DNA of 64,000 nucleotides. Source: Oscillospiraceae bacterium (GTDB lineage: Bacteria > Bacillota > Clostridia > Oscillospirales > Oscillospiraceae). The notes under the pieces are model-generated. The model had not been told where the DNA came from. It saw only the letters and a list, made by a program, of their open reading frames with translations, and searched no databases. The translations under genes were made by a program, and so were the position numbers. The stretch lies in assembly GCA_051866775.1 (NCBI GenBank), contig JBJDXR010000038.1, forward strand, positions 175-64,174, given 5' to 3'. Shown here piece by piece: positions 34,731-45,002 of this stretch (position 1 is its first letter; the number at the start of each line of letters is the position of its first letter).

Positions 34731-36719
34731 CTATGAAATATCCGCCAGGTCGAGATATTTATACCCCTCCTCGGCGATGTGGTCCTTTCTTCCCTGCAGG
34801 TCATCCCCCAGAAGCATATCGAACACCATAGACGTCTGCGCCGCGTCGGCGGGCAGCACCTTTATCAGCCGCCGCGTCTCCGGATTCATGGTGGTCAGCC
34901 ACATCATATCCGGGTCGTTCTCACCAAGCCCCTTGGAGCGGTTGACAGTACACTTTTTGCCGTTTATCTCGGCAAGTATCTCCGCCTTCTCCTTCTCTGA
35001 ATAGGCAAAATACGTCTTTTCCCCGCAGTTTATTTCGTAGAGCGGCGATTCGGCAATAAAAACCTTACCCTCGTCAATGAGTGCGGGAGTCAGGCGGTAG
35101 ATCATCGTCAGGATAAGCGTACGTATCTGATAGCCGTCGTAGTCCGCATCGGTACAGATGATGACCTTGTTCCACCGGAGCGCGTCAATGTCAAAGGCGT
35201 TCAGGTCACTCTTGAGCTTCGTGGGGACAGCCACGCCGCAGCCCAGGACCTTTATCAGGTCGGTTATGATGTCACTCTTGAATATGCGGGTAAAGTCCGC
35301 CTTCAGGCAGTTCAGTATCTTCCCGCGCACGGGCATGATACCCTGGAACTCCGCATCCCGTGAGAGCTTGCAGGCGCCAAGAGCCGAATCTCCCTCCACG
35401 ATATACAGCTCCCGGCGGCTTACGTCCTTTGTGCGGCAGTCCACAAACTTCTGAACGCGGTTGGCGATGTCGATACTGCCCGAGAGCTTCTTTTTTATAT
35501 TTAAACGCGCCTTTTCCGCCTGCTCGCGGCTGCGCTTATTTACCAGCACCTGCTCGCAAATCCTGTCGGCCTCCGCCTTGTGCTCAATAAAGTAGATCTC
35601 TAGCTGTGAACGGAAAAATTCCGTCATGGAGGTCTGAATAAATTTATTCGTTATAGCCTTCTTTGTCTGGTTTTCATAGCTTGTCTGGGTGGAAAAGCAG
35701 TTTGTGACGAGTATCAGGCAGTCGGCAATATCCTGAAAGCTCACCTTGCTCTCATTCTTCTGATACTTATTATTATTTTTAATATAGGCGTCGAAGGCCG
35801 AGACAAAGGCGCTCTTAGCCGCCTTGTCCGGCGCGCCGCCGTGCTCCAGCCAGGAGGAGTTGTGGTAATACTCAATAACGTTCACCGTGTTTGAGAAACA
35901 AAACGCCGCCGAGAGCTTCACCTTGTATTCGGGCTTGTCCTCCCTGTCCCGGCCCTTTCTCTCCCCATCGATAAAGTAAGGCGCCGTCAGCGGATCTTCC
36001 CCTGCAAGCTCCGTCACATAATCGAGGATGCCGTTTTCATAGATAAACTCCTTCTCCTCAAATTTCGAGCCTGCCTGCTTGCGGAACACAAATTTTATCC
36101 CGGCGTTTACGACGGACTGCTTTTTTAACACATCCTCAAAATACTCGTCGGGTATGTTAATGTCAGTAAACACGTCCTTGTCCGGCTTCCACCGCATAAG
36201 TGAGCCGGTGCGCCGCCCGCCGTAAGGCTCGCTGGTAAGTCCGCCCACGTTCTCGCCCTTTTCAAAGTGCAGGCTGTATTTTTTTCCGTCCCGCCAGATG
36301 GTTACATCCATGTATTCCGAGGAGTATTGAGTGGCGCAGGTTCCAAGGCCGTTAAGGCCCAGGGAATACTCATAGTCCCCTCCCGCGTCGTTTTTATATT
36401 TTCCTCCGGCATACAGCTCGCAAAACACAAGCTCCCAGTTATAGCGCTTTTCCACCGGGTTCCAGTCCACCGGACAGCCGCGCCCAAAATCCTCAACTTC
36501 AATGGAGCCGTCGGAGTAGCTGGTGAGCGTGATCACCTTCCCGTGCCCCTCGCGCGCCTCATCAATGGAGTTCGACAGTATCTCAAATACCGAGTGTTCA
36601 CATCCCTCAAGCCCATCCGAGCCGAAGATGACACCCGGGCGCTTGCGTACCCTGTCCGCACCCTTAAGGGCGCTTATGCTTTCGTTTCCGTAATCTGCCG
36701 GTTTAGATGCTTTTCTCAT
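34731..36719 (-). CDS. parE: Type IIA DNA topoisomerase subunit B (ParE/GrlB-like)
   Basis: GHKL ATPase N-terminus (ALKGADRVRKRPGVIFGS, EILSNSIDEA) and Toprim motifs (LYIVEGDSALG, IICTDADYDGYQI). The ATG at 36719 is preferred over the track start at 36764. Confidence 0.85.
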   Translation of the reverse strand: MRKASKPADYGNESISALKGADRVRKRPGVIFGSDGLEGCEHSVFEILSNSIDEAREGHGKVITLTSYSDGSIEVEDFGRGCPVDWNPVEKRYNWELVFCELYAGGKYKNDAGGDYEYSLGLNGLGTCATQYSSEYMDVTIWRDGKKYSLHFEKGENVGGLTSEPYGGRRTGSLMRWKPDKDVFTDINIPDEYFEDVLKKQSVVNAGIKFVFRKQAGSKFEEKEFIYENGILDYVTELAGEDPLTAPYFIDGERKGRDREDKPEYKVKLSAAFCFSNTVNVIEYYHNSSWLEHGGAPDKAAKSAFVSAFDAYIKNNNKYQKNESKVSFQDIADCLILVTNCFSTQTSYENQTKKAITNKFIQTSMTEFFRSQLEIYFIEHKAEADRICEQVLVNKRSREQAEKARLNIKKKLSGSIDIANRVQKFVDCRTKDVSRRELYIVEGDSALGACKLSRDAEFQGIMPVRGKILNCLKADFTRIFKSDIITDLIKVLGCGVAVPTKLKSDLNAFDIDALRWNKVIICTDADYDGYQIRTLILTMIYRLTPALIDEGKVFIAESPLYEINCGEKTYFAYSEKEKAEILAEINGKKCTVNRSKGLGENDPDMMWLTTMNPETRRLIKVLPADAAQTSMVFDMLLGDDLQGRKDHIAEEGYKYLDLADIS

Positions 36720-36855
36720 TGGATCTCCCCTACATATTGGGCGATTTTTCCCATAATCTTTCAAATATATAGTATATCTTATAATCTGTTTTTAAGCAAG
36801 AAGGAAAATGCCCTATCCCCGGCAGTTTCAACAGTCAATATTTTTCTAAGGTACC

Positions 36856-36884
36856 TTGACATTATGCGGCCATTATAATATAAT
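36856..36884 (+). promoter_or_regulatory. Perfect consensus sigma-A promoter (TTGACA-N17-TATAAT) for the ABC exporter operon
   Basis: TTGACA at 36856-36861 and TATAAT at 36879-36884, 52 nt upstream of the ATG at 36936. Confidence 0.7.
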
Positions 36885-36935
36885 TGCATTTGTATTTTTG
36901 AGTTTTTTGAGAGAGGGTCGTGAGGAAAACCTAAA

Positions 36936-38717
36936 ATGAGACTGATATTTCACTACATGCGCAAATACGCGCGCAAAATCACCCTCAGTATGTTCCTGAA
37001 GCTGCTGGGAGCCATCGGCGCCCTGCTGCTGCCATATATTCTGGAGCATCTGGTTGATAACGTGGTGCCGCGCGGGGAGATCGGGCCAGTTTACTTCTGG
37101 GGCACTATGATGGTCCTGTCGGCTGTATTCGTTTGGCGGATAAACGTATCCTCCAACACCATAAGCATCGACAACGCCCACAACGTCTCCTACGACGTAC
37201 GGCGCGACCTTTTTAACAAGACGGCGAACCTATCCGGCGCGCAGTTCGACTCCTTCGGGCTGCCGAGCCTTACCAGCCGTATGACCAGCGACAGCTACAA
37301 TGTACAATCCTTTGTGCAGAGCTTTCAGATGCTCTGTGTGCGCGCCCCAACAATGCTGATTGGCGGAGTTATAATCACTATGACCATGGACTGGGCGCTG
37401 AGCCTGATCCTGTGTGTGATGCTGCCAATACTGCTGGCGGTGGTCATTATCGTGTCCCGCAAGGGTATCCCCCTTTACCACAGGGTTCAGGAGCGTCTTG
37501 ACGACGTAGTGCGCGTTATGCGTGAGAACATAACCGGCATACGGGTGGTAAAGGCGCTCTCAAAGACCGAGTATGAGAAGCGCCGCTTCAGTGACTATAA
37601 CGATAAGATGACAACGAGCGATATAAAGGCAAGCACCTTTATGGCCGTCCCGGGTCCGTTTATGCAGCTGTGCCTGAATGTAGGCCTTACACTGGTGGTC
37701 TTTATCGGCGCCAGGCGTGTTAACGGCGGACTTATGAAGCCCGGCGTAATTATGGCGTTTCTTACATATTTTAATCAGATAATGCAGAGCGTTATGGCTT
37801 TAAACCGTATGTTTATGATGATAAGCAAGGCCAGCGCTTCGGCAGACCGAATAGCTGCGGTCCTCGCGGTGGAGGAGGATCAGCAGGTCCTGCCCCTTGA
37901 TGACGGGGCGCAGGATCCTGACGAGGACGCCTTTATAGAGTTCCGCCATGTGAATTTCAGCTATAACCAGAAAGCTCCCCTTACGGTCTCCGGAAGTTCA
38001 CCGGCGGACACAGACTTTACCGGCGGAGAGCCGGAGCAGTGTCTATACGATATTGACTTTAAGATAAAGCGCGGAGAGTCACTTGGTATAATCGGTCCCA
38101 CCGGCTGCGGCAAGACGACGATAATAAACCTTCTCATGCGCTTTTACGATGTGGAGGACGGAGCGGTATTCGTGGATGGCCGGGATGTTCGGACTTACGA
38201 TAAGGATGAGCTTCACCGCAAGTTCGGAGTGGTGTTCCAGAACGACCTGATATTCAACGACACCCTTCGTGAGAACATCTCCTTTGGCAGGGATCTTACA
38301 GATGATAAGATACATGCCGCAGCGCGCGACGCCATGGCTGCGGACTTTATAGAGGAGCTTGACGACGGCTTGGATTATGTCGCAGATATAAAGGGTGCCA
38401 ACCTCTCCGGCGGTCAGAAACAGCGCATACTCATAAGCCGCGCACTTGCCGCAGATCCGGAGATACTCGTACTTGACGACTCCTCAAGCGCATTGGATTA
38501 CAAGACGGATGCCGCATTGAGGAAGGCTATCTTCGAACATCACTCAGACTCTACCACAATAATGATAGCCCAGCGAGTCAGCTCGGTACAGAGTCTCAAG
38601 AATATCCTTGTAATGGATAACGGCCACTGTATCGGCTACGGCAGCCATAAGGAGCTTCTTGAAAGCTGCCCTGAATACAGGGAGATTTTCGAGACTCAAA
38701 TGGGCTCGATGGTTTAA
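36936..38717 (+). CDS. ABC exporter fused TMD-NBD half-transporter, subunit with degenerate NBD
   Basis: Six-TM domain followed by the NBD. Walker A GPTGCGKTT and signature LSGGQKQR are present. Walker B reads ILVLDDSSS (Asp replaces the catalytic Glu) and the H-loop reads IAQRVSS (Gln replaces His). Confidence 0.9.
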   Translation: MRLIFHYMRKYARKITLSMFLKLLGAIGALLLPYILEHLVDNVVPRGEIGPVYFWGTMMVLSAVFVWRINVSSNTISIDNAHNVSYDVRRDLFNKTANLSGAQFDSFGLPSLTSRMTSDSYNVQSFVQSFQMLCVRAPTMLIGGVIITMTMDWALSLILCVMLPILLAVVIIVSRKGIPLYHRVQERLDDVVRVMRENITGIRVVKALSKTEYEKRRFSDYNDKMTTSDIKASTFMAVPGPFMQLCLNVGLTLVVFIGARRVNGGLMKPGVIMAFLTYFNQIMQSVMALNRMFMMISKASASADRIAAVLAVEEDQQVLPLDDGAQDPDEDAFIEFRHVNFSYNQKAPLTVSGSSPADTDFTGGEPEQCLYDIDFKIKRGESLGIIGPTGCGKTTIINLLMRFYDVEDGAVFVDGRDVRTYDKDELHRKFGVVFQNDLIFNDTLRENISFGRDLTDDKIHAAARDAMAADFIEELDDGLDYVADIKGANLSGGQKQRILISRALAADPEILVLDDSSSALDYKTDAALRKAIFEHHSDSTTIMIAQRVSSVQSLKNILVMDNGHCIGYGSHKELLESCPEYREIFETQMGSMV

Positions 38718-38735
38718 CGGAAGGAGGAAGCTTAC

Positions 38736-40514
38736 ATGCCGGGACCTGGAGACCGCGGAGGTAAAAAGGAGAAGCCGAAAAACGCAAAGGGCGCCCTCCG
38801 CAGGATACTTAAATATTTAATGCAGTATAAATGGATAGTTATAATTCTCTGCATTGCTGCCCTAATCAGTAATGCGGGTAATCTTTTGGGACCGCAATTT
38901 GCCGGAAACGCAATCAGCGAGGCCAGCGCCGGGGCGGGGAAGGTCAATTTTGAAAGGGTCATTTATTACGCCAAATGGATGCTCATCGTCTACATCGGAA
39001 GCAACCTTTTAAGCTTCGCTGTGAGTTTGGGCATGATGCGTGTCAGCCGCCTTGTGGCCAAGCGTATGAGGAGCGACGTGTTCAACAAGCTGATGCTCCT
39101 TCCGGTGGGCTATTTTGACCGCAATCAGGCCGGTGATATCATAAGCCGCGTAAGCTACGACATCGATGTTATAAGCACCAGCCTTTCCACCGATATCGTG
39201 CAGATAATGACCAGTGTTGTTACTGTCGTCGGTTCCTTTATCATGATGTGCCGGATCTCCCTGCCGCTTGTCTCATGTATGCTCGTGATCATACCGCTGT
39301 GCATACTCTACACCCGCCACCGCGGGAAGGTCACGCGCCCGCTCTACTCCAAACGCAGCGCCGCCTACGGAAAGATGAACGGCTATGTGGAGGAGATGTT
39401 CAGCGGTCAGAAAACCATTTTGGCCTACGCCTACGAAAAACAGGTCTGCGACCAGTTTGACGAAATAAACCACGAGGCTGCCGACGCCTATTGTGAGGCC
39501 GACACCGCCGGTACGCGGATGGGGCCTACCATCGGCTTCTTGGGAGATCTGGGGCTTGCCCTCATCGGTTTTCTCGGGGCTATTCTATACTTTAATAAGG
39601 TCGTAGATCTGGGACAGATATCCAGCTTTGTGCTCTATTCCCGTAAGTTCTCAGGCCCCATAAGCGAGATTGCAAATATCGTTAACGAAATATTCTCCGC
39701 CCTGGCGGCTTCTGAGCGCGTATTCAGGCTCTTGGATGAACCCGAGGAGGTCTCAGATATCTATGGTGCGAAGGTGCTTGAAGATGTACACGGCGATGTG
39801 GAGATGAAGGATGTGAGCTTCGGCTATGTACCGGGCAAGACCATCCTCCACAATCTCGACCTAAAGGCCGACGCAGGAAAGACTATCGCCATTGTCGGCC
39901 CCACAGGCGCGGGAAAAACCACTATCATCAATCTGCTCATGCGCTTTTACGATGTGGACAGCGGTGAGATAAGCGTGGATGGAAACGAGATACGCGGTGT
40001 AACGCGCGACAGCCTCCGCCGCAGCTACGCCATGGTGCTTCAGGACACATGGGTGTTCCGCGGAACCATCTTTGACAACATCTCCTACGGCAAGGAGGGC
40101 GCCACTATGGATGAGGTCGTGGCCGCCGCCAAAGCCGCGCGCATACACAAATACATCATGCGCCTTCCAAACGGCTACAACACCGTCATAAGCGAAGATG
40201 GCGGCAACATAAGCAAAGGGCAGAAACAGCTTCTTACCATCGCCCGTGCCATGCTTTATGACACCAGTATGCTGATACTTGACGAGGCCACCAGCAATGT
40301 GGACACAAATACCGAGCAGCAGGTGCAGAAGGCCATGCGCACCCTTATGAAGGGCAAGACCTGCTTTGTCATCGCCCACCGGCTATCCACCATACAGAAT
40401 GCCGATAAGATCCTTGTGGTGAACCACGGCGACGTTATAGAGCAGGGCACCCATGACGAGCTGATGCTGAAGCGCGGCTTCTACTACAAGCTCTATGCCA
40501 GCCAGTTTGAATAA
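38736..40514 (+). CDS. ABC exporter fused TMD-NBD half-transporter, subunit with consensus catalytic residues
   Basis: Walker A GPTGAGKTT, Walker B MLILDEATS and H-loop IAHRLST are canonical. The signature is non-canonical (ISKGQKQL). GGAGGA RBS, 18 nt after the upstream stop. Confidence 0.9.
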   Translation: MPGPGDRGGKKEKPKNAKGALRRILKYLMQYKWIVIILCIAALISNAGNLLGPQFAGNAISEASAGAGKVNFERVIYYAKWMLIVYIGSNLLSFAVSLGMMRVSRLVAKRMRSDVFNKLMLLPVGYFDRNQAGDIISRVSYDIDVISTSLSTDIVQIMTSVVTVVGSFIMMCRISLPLVSCMLVIIPLCILYTRHRGKVTRPLYSKRSAAYGKMNGYVEEMFSGQKTILAYAYEKQVCDQFDEINHEAADAYCEADTAGTRMGPTIGFLGDLGLALIGFLGAILYFNKVVDLGQISSFVLYSRKFSGPISEIANIVNEIFSALAASERVFRLLDEPEEVSDIYGAKVLEDVHGDVEMKDVSFGYVPGKTILHNLDLKADAGKTIAIVGPTGAGKTTIINLLMRFYDVDSGEISVDGNEIRGVTRDSLRRSYAMVLQDTWVFRGTIFDNISYGKEGATMDEVVAAAKAARIHKYIMRLPNGYNTVISEDGGNISKGQKQLLTIARAMLYDTSMLILDEATSNVDTNTEQQVQKAMRTLMKGKTCFVIAHRLSTIQNADKILVVNHGDVIEQGTHDELMLKRGFYYKLYASQFE

Positions 40515-40530
40515 AATTCAGAATCTCAAA

Positions 40531-40556
40531 ACGGCGGCCGCTTTTGCGGCCGCCGT
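40531..40556 (+). terminator. GC-rich hairpin after the ABC operon (no T tract)
   Basis: ACGGCGGCCGC-TTTT-GCGGCCGCCGT followed by CCCTAAAG. Confidence 0.35.
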
Positions 40557-40803
40557 CCCTAAAGACACGAAGGAGATGTCCCCATCACCAGAATGGGTGT
40601 TGTTCTCCCGGCTTTTGACCTTTCATCCTTGCGGATACCGGTCTGATTGAAAGCTCTTTTCGCGTCTGAGCATATTATGTGCTGTCATTCAAAAAGTAAA
40701 CACGGAAAATTATTGAATTTTAATTTCATTTAATATGACCTCCGAATTTTTTCCGAGGTTTGGCGGATAATAAGCCAGACAGGAAAAACAGGGAGGTCAT
40801 TTT

Positions 40804-41835
40804 ATGAATAGGGAAAAAATTCGCGTCGTACAATACGGCTGCGGCAAAATGAGCAAATATATTTTGAGGTATCTATACGAAAAGGGTGCCGAGATAGTAG
40901 GAGCCATTGACGTAAATCCCGACATTGTCGGTATGGACGCCGGCGAATACGCCGGCCTTGGCCGCAAGCTTGGCGTCATCATCAGTTCAGACGCCGATAC
41001 GGTCCTTGACCAATGCGATCCGGACATCGCAGTGGTCACGCTCTTCAGCTTTATGGGCGACATCTATGATCAGGTGGAAAAATGCGTCCTGCGCGGGATA
41101 AACGTGATAACCACCTGTGAGGAAGCTATTTACCCATGGACGACAAGCCCCGCTATAACAAACCGTTTGGACGCGCTGGCTAAGGAGACGTGCTGCACCA
41201 TCACTGGCTCCGGTATGCAGGATATCTTCTGGATAAACATGATAGCGGAGATTTCCGGAGGTGTTCACCGTTTAGAGCGCATTGAGGGAGCCGTAAGCTA
41301 CAATGTTGAGGACTACGGTCTTGCTTTAGCCCGCGCCCATGGTGCCGGGCTTACGCCGGAGGAGTTTGAGGCGGAGATAGCCCACCCCGAAGTGCTGGAG
41401 CCTAGCTATGTATGGAACTCAAACGAAGCTCTCTGCAGCCGTCTCGGACTTACTATAAAATCTCAGTCACAAAAGTGCGTGCCGTATTTTTACGATAAGG
41501 ATCTTTACTCCTCCACCTTGGGCGAAACCATCCCGAAGGGCAATGCCATCGGCATGAGCGCCGTAGTCACGACCGAGACTTTTCAGGGGGTGACGATCGA
41601 GACCCAGTGTATCGGTAAGGTCTACGGTCCCGGTGACGGGGATATGTGCGATTGGAAGATAAAGGGCGAACCGGATGTGGAATTCCACGTAAATAAGCCC
41701 GCCACTGTGGAGCACACCTGCGCCACCATCGTAAACCGCATCCCCGCGGTTTTATGCGCCCCTCCGGGTTATATCACCGCAGACAAGCTCCGTGAGCCGG
41801 AGTATCTTGCATATCCAATACAGCTGTATTTGTAA
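40804..41835 (+). CDS. NAD(P)-binding DapB-like protein of the 2,4-diaminopentanoate dehydrogenase / amine dehydrogenase family
   Basis: GGGAGG RBS. Rossmann start [48 protein letters not shown] matches the remembered family N-terminus. Confidence 0.6.
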   Translation: MNREKIRVVQYGCGKMSKYILRYLYEKGAEIVGAIDVNPDIVGMDAGEYAGLGRKLGVIISSDADTVLDQCDPDIAVVTLFSFMGDIYDQVEKCVLRGINVITTCEEAIYPWTTSPAITNRLDALAKETCCTITGSGMQDIFWINMIAEISGGVHRLERIEGAVSYNVEDYGLALARAHGAGLTPEEFEAEIAHPEVLEPSYVWNSNEALCSRLGLTIKSQSQKCVPYFYDKDLYSSTLGETIPKGNAIGMSAVVTTETFQGVTIETQCIGKVYGPGDGDMCDWKIKGEPDVEFHVNKPATVEHTCATIVNRIPAVLCAPPGYITADKLREPEYLAYPIQLYL

Positions 41836-41852
41836 ACCTTCTTAAAGGGAAA

Positions 41853-41891
41853 ACGGACGGCAGAGCTATATGGCCCTGCCGCCCGTTTTTT
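41853..41891. terminator. Terminator between convergent genes
   Basis: ACGGACGGCAG...CTGCCGCCCGT stem (one mismatch) followed by T6. It overlaps the stop codon of the minus-strand HD gene. Confidence 0.7.
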
Positions 41892-42396
41892 AAAGCCCGA
41901 ACATCACGTCGAGAATAGCCGTACCCGTACGGGTCTTGAATATCTTATCCCGGGTGTTCCTCACCGCGTCCGCGGTGCTGCCGTCCTCATAGTGGTTCAC
42001 AAGGAAATCCGCTTCAACAAGTATCTGATAGTCCATGCCGTCTATACTGCCGTAAGTGTGGTGGTGGGCTATGAGATATGTCACCCGGTCAATGAACTCC
42101 TCATCAAAGCCAATCTCAGACAGCATCCTCCTCGCAGGGGCAGGGCCCTCCAACTCCTGATACTTGCCGGAGCTTATGCCATATTTCTCCTCAGCGGGTT
42201 TAATACCTATGTCGTGGGTGTACGCAGCGGCCTCCAGTATCTCCAGCTCGCGCCCGTCCATGCCCTCGCGCAGTGCTATCATTCCGGCAAAGGCATGCAC
42301 CTTTATAAAGTGCTGTATGCGCTTAGGGTCGCCTTTGTAAAAGGCTATCATCTTATCGCAGAGTATTTCAAGCTTTTCCATTTCTGCGGCCTCCAT
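41890..42396 (-). CDS. HD-domain phosphohydrolase
   Basis: H...HD pattern (KVHAFAG...AAYTHDIG) and a later HHH cluster (LIAHHHTYG). Confidence 0.8.
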   Translation of the reverse strand: MEAAEMEKLEILCDKMIAFYKGDPKRIQHFIKVHAFAGMIALREGMDGRELEILEAAAYTHDIGIKPAEEKYGISSGKYQELEGPAPARRMLSEIGFDEEFIDRVTYLIAHHHTYGSIDGMDYQILVEADFLVNHYEDGSTADAVRNTRDKIFKTRTGTAILDVMFGL

Positions 42397-42555
42397 CTTG
42401 AATCATCTTTAATTATACGTTCTTTCCAATGATTTTCAACATTTTCCTGGTCAAAGCAGGTTAATGGAATCTTAAAATATTTTACTCTTTTTTCTTAAGC
42501 CTGCTGCTGTTATACTAAAATCACAATACGCGTATTAAAGACGGTTGGTGAAAAA

Positions 42556-43251
42556 ATGTATAACATACTTATCTGCGACGACGACCGGGACATAGTTTCC
42601 GCGCTTAAAATATATCTCTCCTCAGAGGGCTACAACCTTTTTGAGGCGTACACCGGACGCCAGGCGCTGGAGGTTGTGCAGAAGAGCGAGATACACCTCG
42701 TCCTTATGGACATCATGATGCCGGAGCTTGACGGCATATCCGCCACGTCAAAGCTCCGTGAGGAGTACAACATACCAATAATCCTCTTAACCGCCAAGAG
42801 CGAGGACACGGACAAGGTGCTGGGCCTAAATATCGGCGCCGACGACTATGTGACAAAGCCCTTTAACCCGGTGGAAGTCCTGGCGAGGGTCCGGAGCCAG
42901 CTTCGCCGCTACACACGTCTAGGAGGGATAGAGCAGAAGCCCGACCATATCGTCATCGGCGGCATCGACCTTGACGATTCCGGAAAGACCGTATCCGTGG
43001 ACGGTGAGCCGGCGTCCCTCACCCCTACGGAATTTGCCATCCTGCGGCTTCTGATGCAGAATCCCGGAAAGGTGTTCTCCTCGGGAAAGATATACGCTCA
43101 GGTCTCCGGGGGTGCTGCGCTGGGTACCGAAAGCTCCGTGGCGGTACATATAAGACACCTGCGTGAAAAGATTGAAATTGATCCCTCCGACCCCCGGTAC
43201 ATAAAGGTGGTCTGGGGACAGGGCTACAAGTTCGAGGGGAACATAAAATGA
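42556..43251 (+). CDS. OmpR/PhoB-family response regulator
   Basis: Receiver domain (ILICDDD...LVLMDIMMPELDG...LTAK) and winged-helix C-terminus (LTPTEFAILRLLMQNPGKVFS...IKVVWGQGYKF). Confidence 0.95.
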   Translation: MYNILICDDDRDIVSALKIYLSSEGYNLFEAYTGRQALEVVQKSEIHLVLMDIMMPELDGISATSKLREEYNIPIILLTAKSEDTDKVLGLNIGADDYVTKPFNPVEVLARVRSQLRRYTRLGGIEQKPDHIVIGGIDLDDSGKTVSVDGEPASLTPTEFAILRLLMQNPGKVFSSGKIYAQVSGGAALGTESSVAVHIRHLREKIEIDPSDPRYIKVVWGQGYKFEGNIK

Positions 43252-44909
43252 AAAAGCTCAAGTATAACTTTGTTGCCAAGGTAACTGCGGTGTTTCTGTT
43301 TGCCTTCGGCATAATGGGCGGCTGCCTATCCGGGGCGTGTATCATAGGAGCATATATTCTGGAGTTTTACAAGATACCGGCAGGCACCTCCTATGAGATG
43401 GCGCTCAACAATCTCCTGTATAACGGATATTATACCCAGAACACTTACGATGCGCTGTCCGTATATCACAACTCCCTTGGCCGTACGGTATTCAGCCTCC
43501 GGTACTGGGCGATCGCGCTGTTTGCGATTGCTCTGATACTCGTCATCGTGCTGTTCATATTCCTGATGTGTGCAGCCGGGCGCAAGGAGGACCAGGACGA
43601 GGTCTATCTTGGCTTCTTTGACCGGATCCCCCTGGACATCTCCCTCACCGCTGCGGTGCTGTCGGAGATTCTTCTGGTCTTTGTACTGTGGGAATACGTA
43701 TATTACGGCTGGATTTCCAGTTTTGATGACGTTATTCTGGGCGCTATTTTGACGGCTCTGATCGTGACCGCTGCGTTCCTTATTCTGCTGTCCTTCCTTT
43801 ACACCTTTGCCGCCCGGGTGAAGGCGGGAAAGTGGTGGCGCAATTCCATCATCTATATGGTCCTGCGGTTTGTCTTTCGGTGTATGCGGGGCGTCTGGCG
43901 GTGGGCGGCGGCCCTTCTCCGGGCCATACCTATTGTGTGGAAGACTGCGCTGGCAACGGCAGCGGTTTTTATATTTCTTGCCGTCATTTCATACGACGGC
44001 CTGTACTACGGCTTTAACGGCATGCTGTTTTTTGTGACGGCCCTTCTCGTCTTTGCCGCCGCTGTACTCGCCGCCTTCCAGATGAAAAAGCTTAAAGAGG
44101 CCGGGGAGAAGCTGGCCATGGGTGATTTTGACTACAAGACCAACACGGACCGGATGTTCTGGGACTTTAAGCGCCACGCGGAGAATCTGAATTCCACCGC
44201 CGAGGGCATGACCGCCGCGGTGGAGTACCGGATGCGCTCGGAGCGGCTCAAGACCGAGCTTATTACGAACGTGTCCCACGACATCAAGACGCCGCTTACC
44301 AATATCGTAAACTACGTTGATCTTTTACAGAAGGAACACACGGCGGAGCAGGAATCCGAGTACTTGGAGGTACTGGCCCGCCAGTCGGCGCGGCTTAAAA
44401 AGCTGACGGTGGACCTTGTGGAGGCGTCCAAGGCCTCCACCGGTAATATAGCGATCGATCTTCAGCCAACAAACACCGGGGAGATAATAAACCAGGCAGT
44501 GGCTGAATACGCTGAGAAGTTCTCCGCCGGAAAGCTTGAACCTGTCGTCACCCTTCCGGAAAAGCCCATTTCCGTTATGGCAGACGGCCGGTACCTGTGG
44601 AGGGTGCTTGACAATCTCTTCAACAACGCCGTAAAGTACGCTCAGCCCGGCACACGCATATACGTTGATGTCACGGCATCCACAGCCGAGGCCATTATCT
44701 CCGTAAAGAACATATCCCGCGACAGGCTGAACGTTTCAGCGGACGAGCTTATGGAGCGCTTTGTCCGGGGCGACACCTCCCGGCACACCGAGGGCAGCGG
44801 GCTGGGCCTCTCAATAGCGCGCAGTCTTACTGAGCTTATGGGCGGGAGCTTCAATATCTCCATTGACGGGGACCTGTTCAAGGCAAAGATATGCCTGAAG
44901 ACGGCGTGA
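43248..44909 (+). CDS. Sensor histidine kinase with a multi-TM N-terminal sensor region
   Basis: The ATGA overlap couples it to the regulator gene. H box NVSHDIKTPLT. N box and G boxes are present (LFNNAVKYA, GSGLGLSIARSL). Confidence 0.95.
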   Translation: MKKLKYNFVAKVTAVFLFAFGIMGGCLSGACIIGAYILEFYKIPAGTSYEMALNNLLYNGYYTQNTYDALSVYHNSLGRTVFSLRYWAIALFAIALILVIVLFIFLMCAAGRKEDQDEVYLGFFDRIPLDISLTAAVLSEILLVFVLWEYVYYGWISSFDDVILGAILTALIVTAAFLILLSFLYTFAARVKAGKWWRNSIIYMVLRFVFRCMRGVWRWAAALLRAIPIVWKTALATAAVFIFLAVISYDGLYYGFNGMLFFVTALLVFAAAVLAAFQMKKLKEAGEKLAMGDFDYKTNTDRMFWDFKRHAENLNSTAEGMTAAVEYRMRSERLKTELITNVSHDIKTPLTNIVNYVDLLQKEHTAEQESEYLEVLARQSARLKKLTVDLVEASKASTGNIAIDLQPTNTGEIINQAVAEYAEKFSAGKLEPVVTLPEKPISVMADGRYLWRVLDNLFNNAVKYAQPGTRIYVDVTASTAEAIISVKNISRDRLNVSADELMERFVRGDTSRHTEGSGLGLSIARSLTELMGGSFNISIDGDLFKAKICLKTA

Positions 44910-44964
44910 AGGAGAGACTATGAGCAGAAGCAATAAACACCGTAAAAACGGTCTTATTATTGTC

Positions 44965-45002
44965 GCCGCCGCGGGACAAAGTATCCCGCGGCGGCCTTAT
45001 TT
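44965..45002. terminator. Terminator between the convergent kinase and LysR genes
   Basis: 12-bp stem GCCGCCGCGGGA/TCCCGCGGCGGC, loop CAAAGTA, then CTTATTT. Confidence 0.7.
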
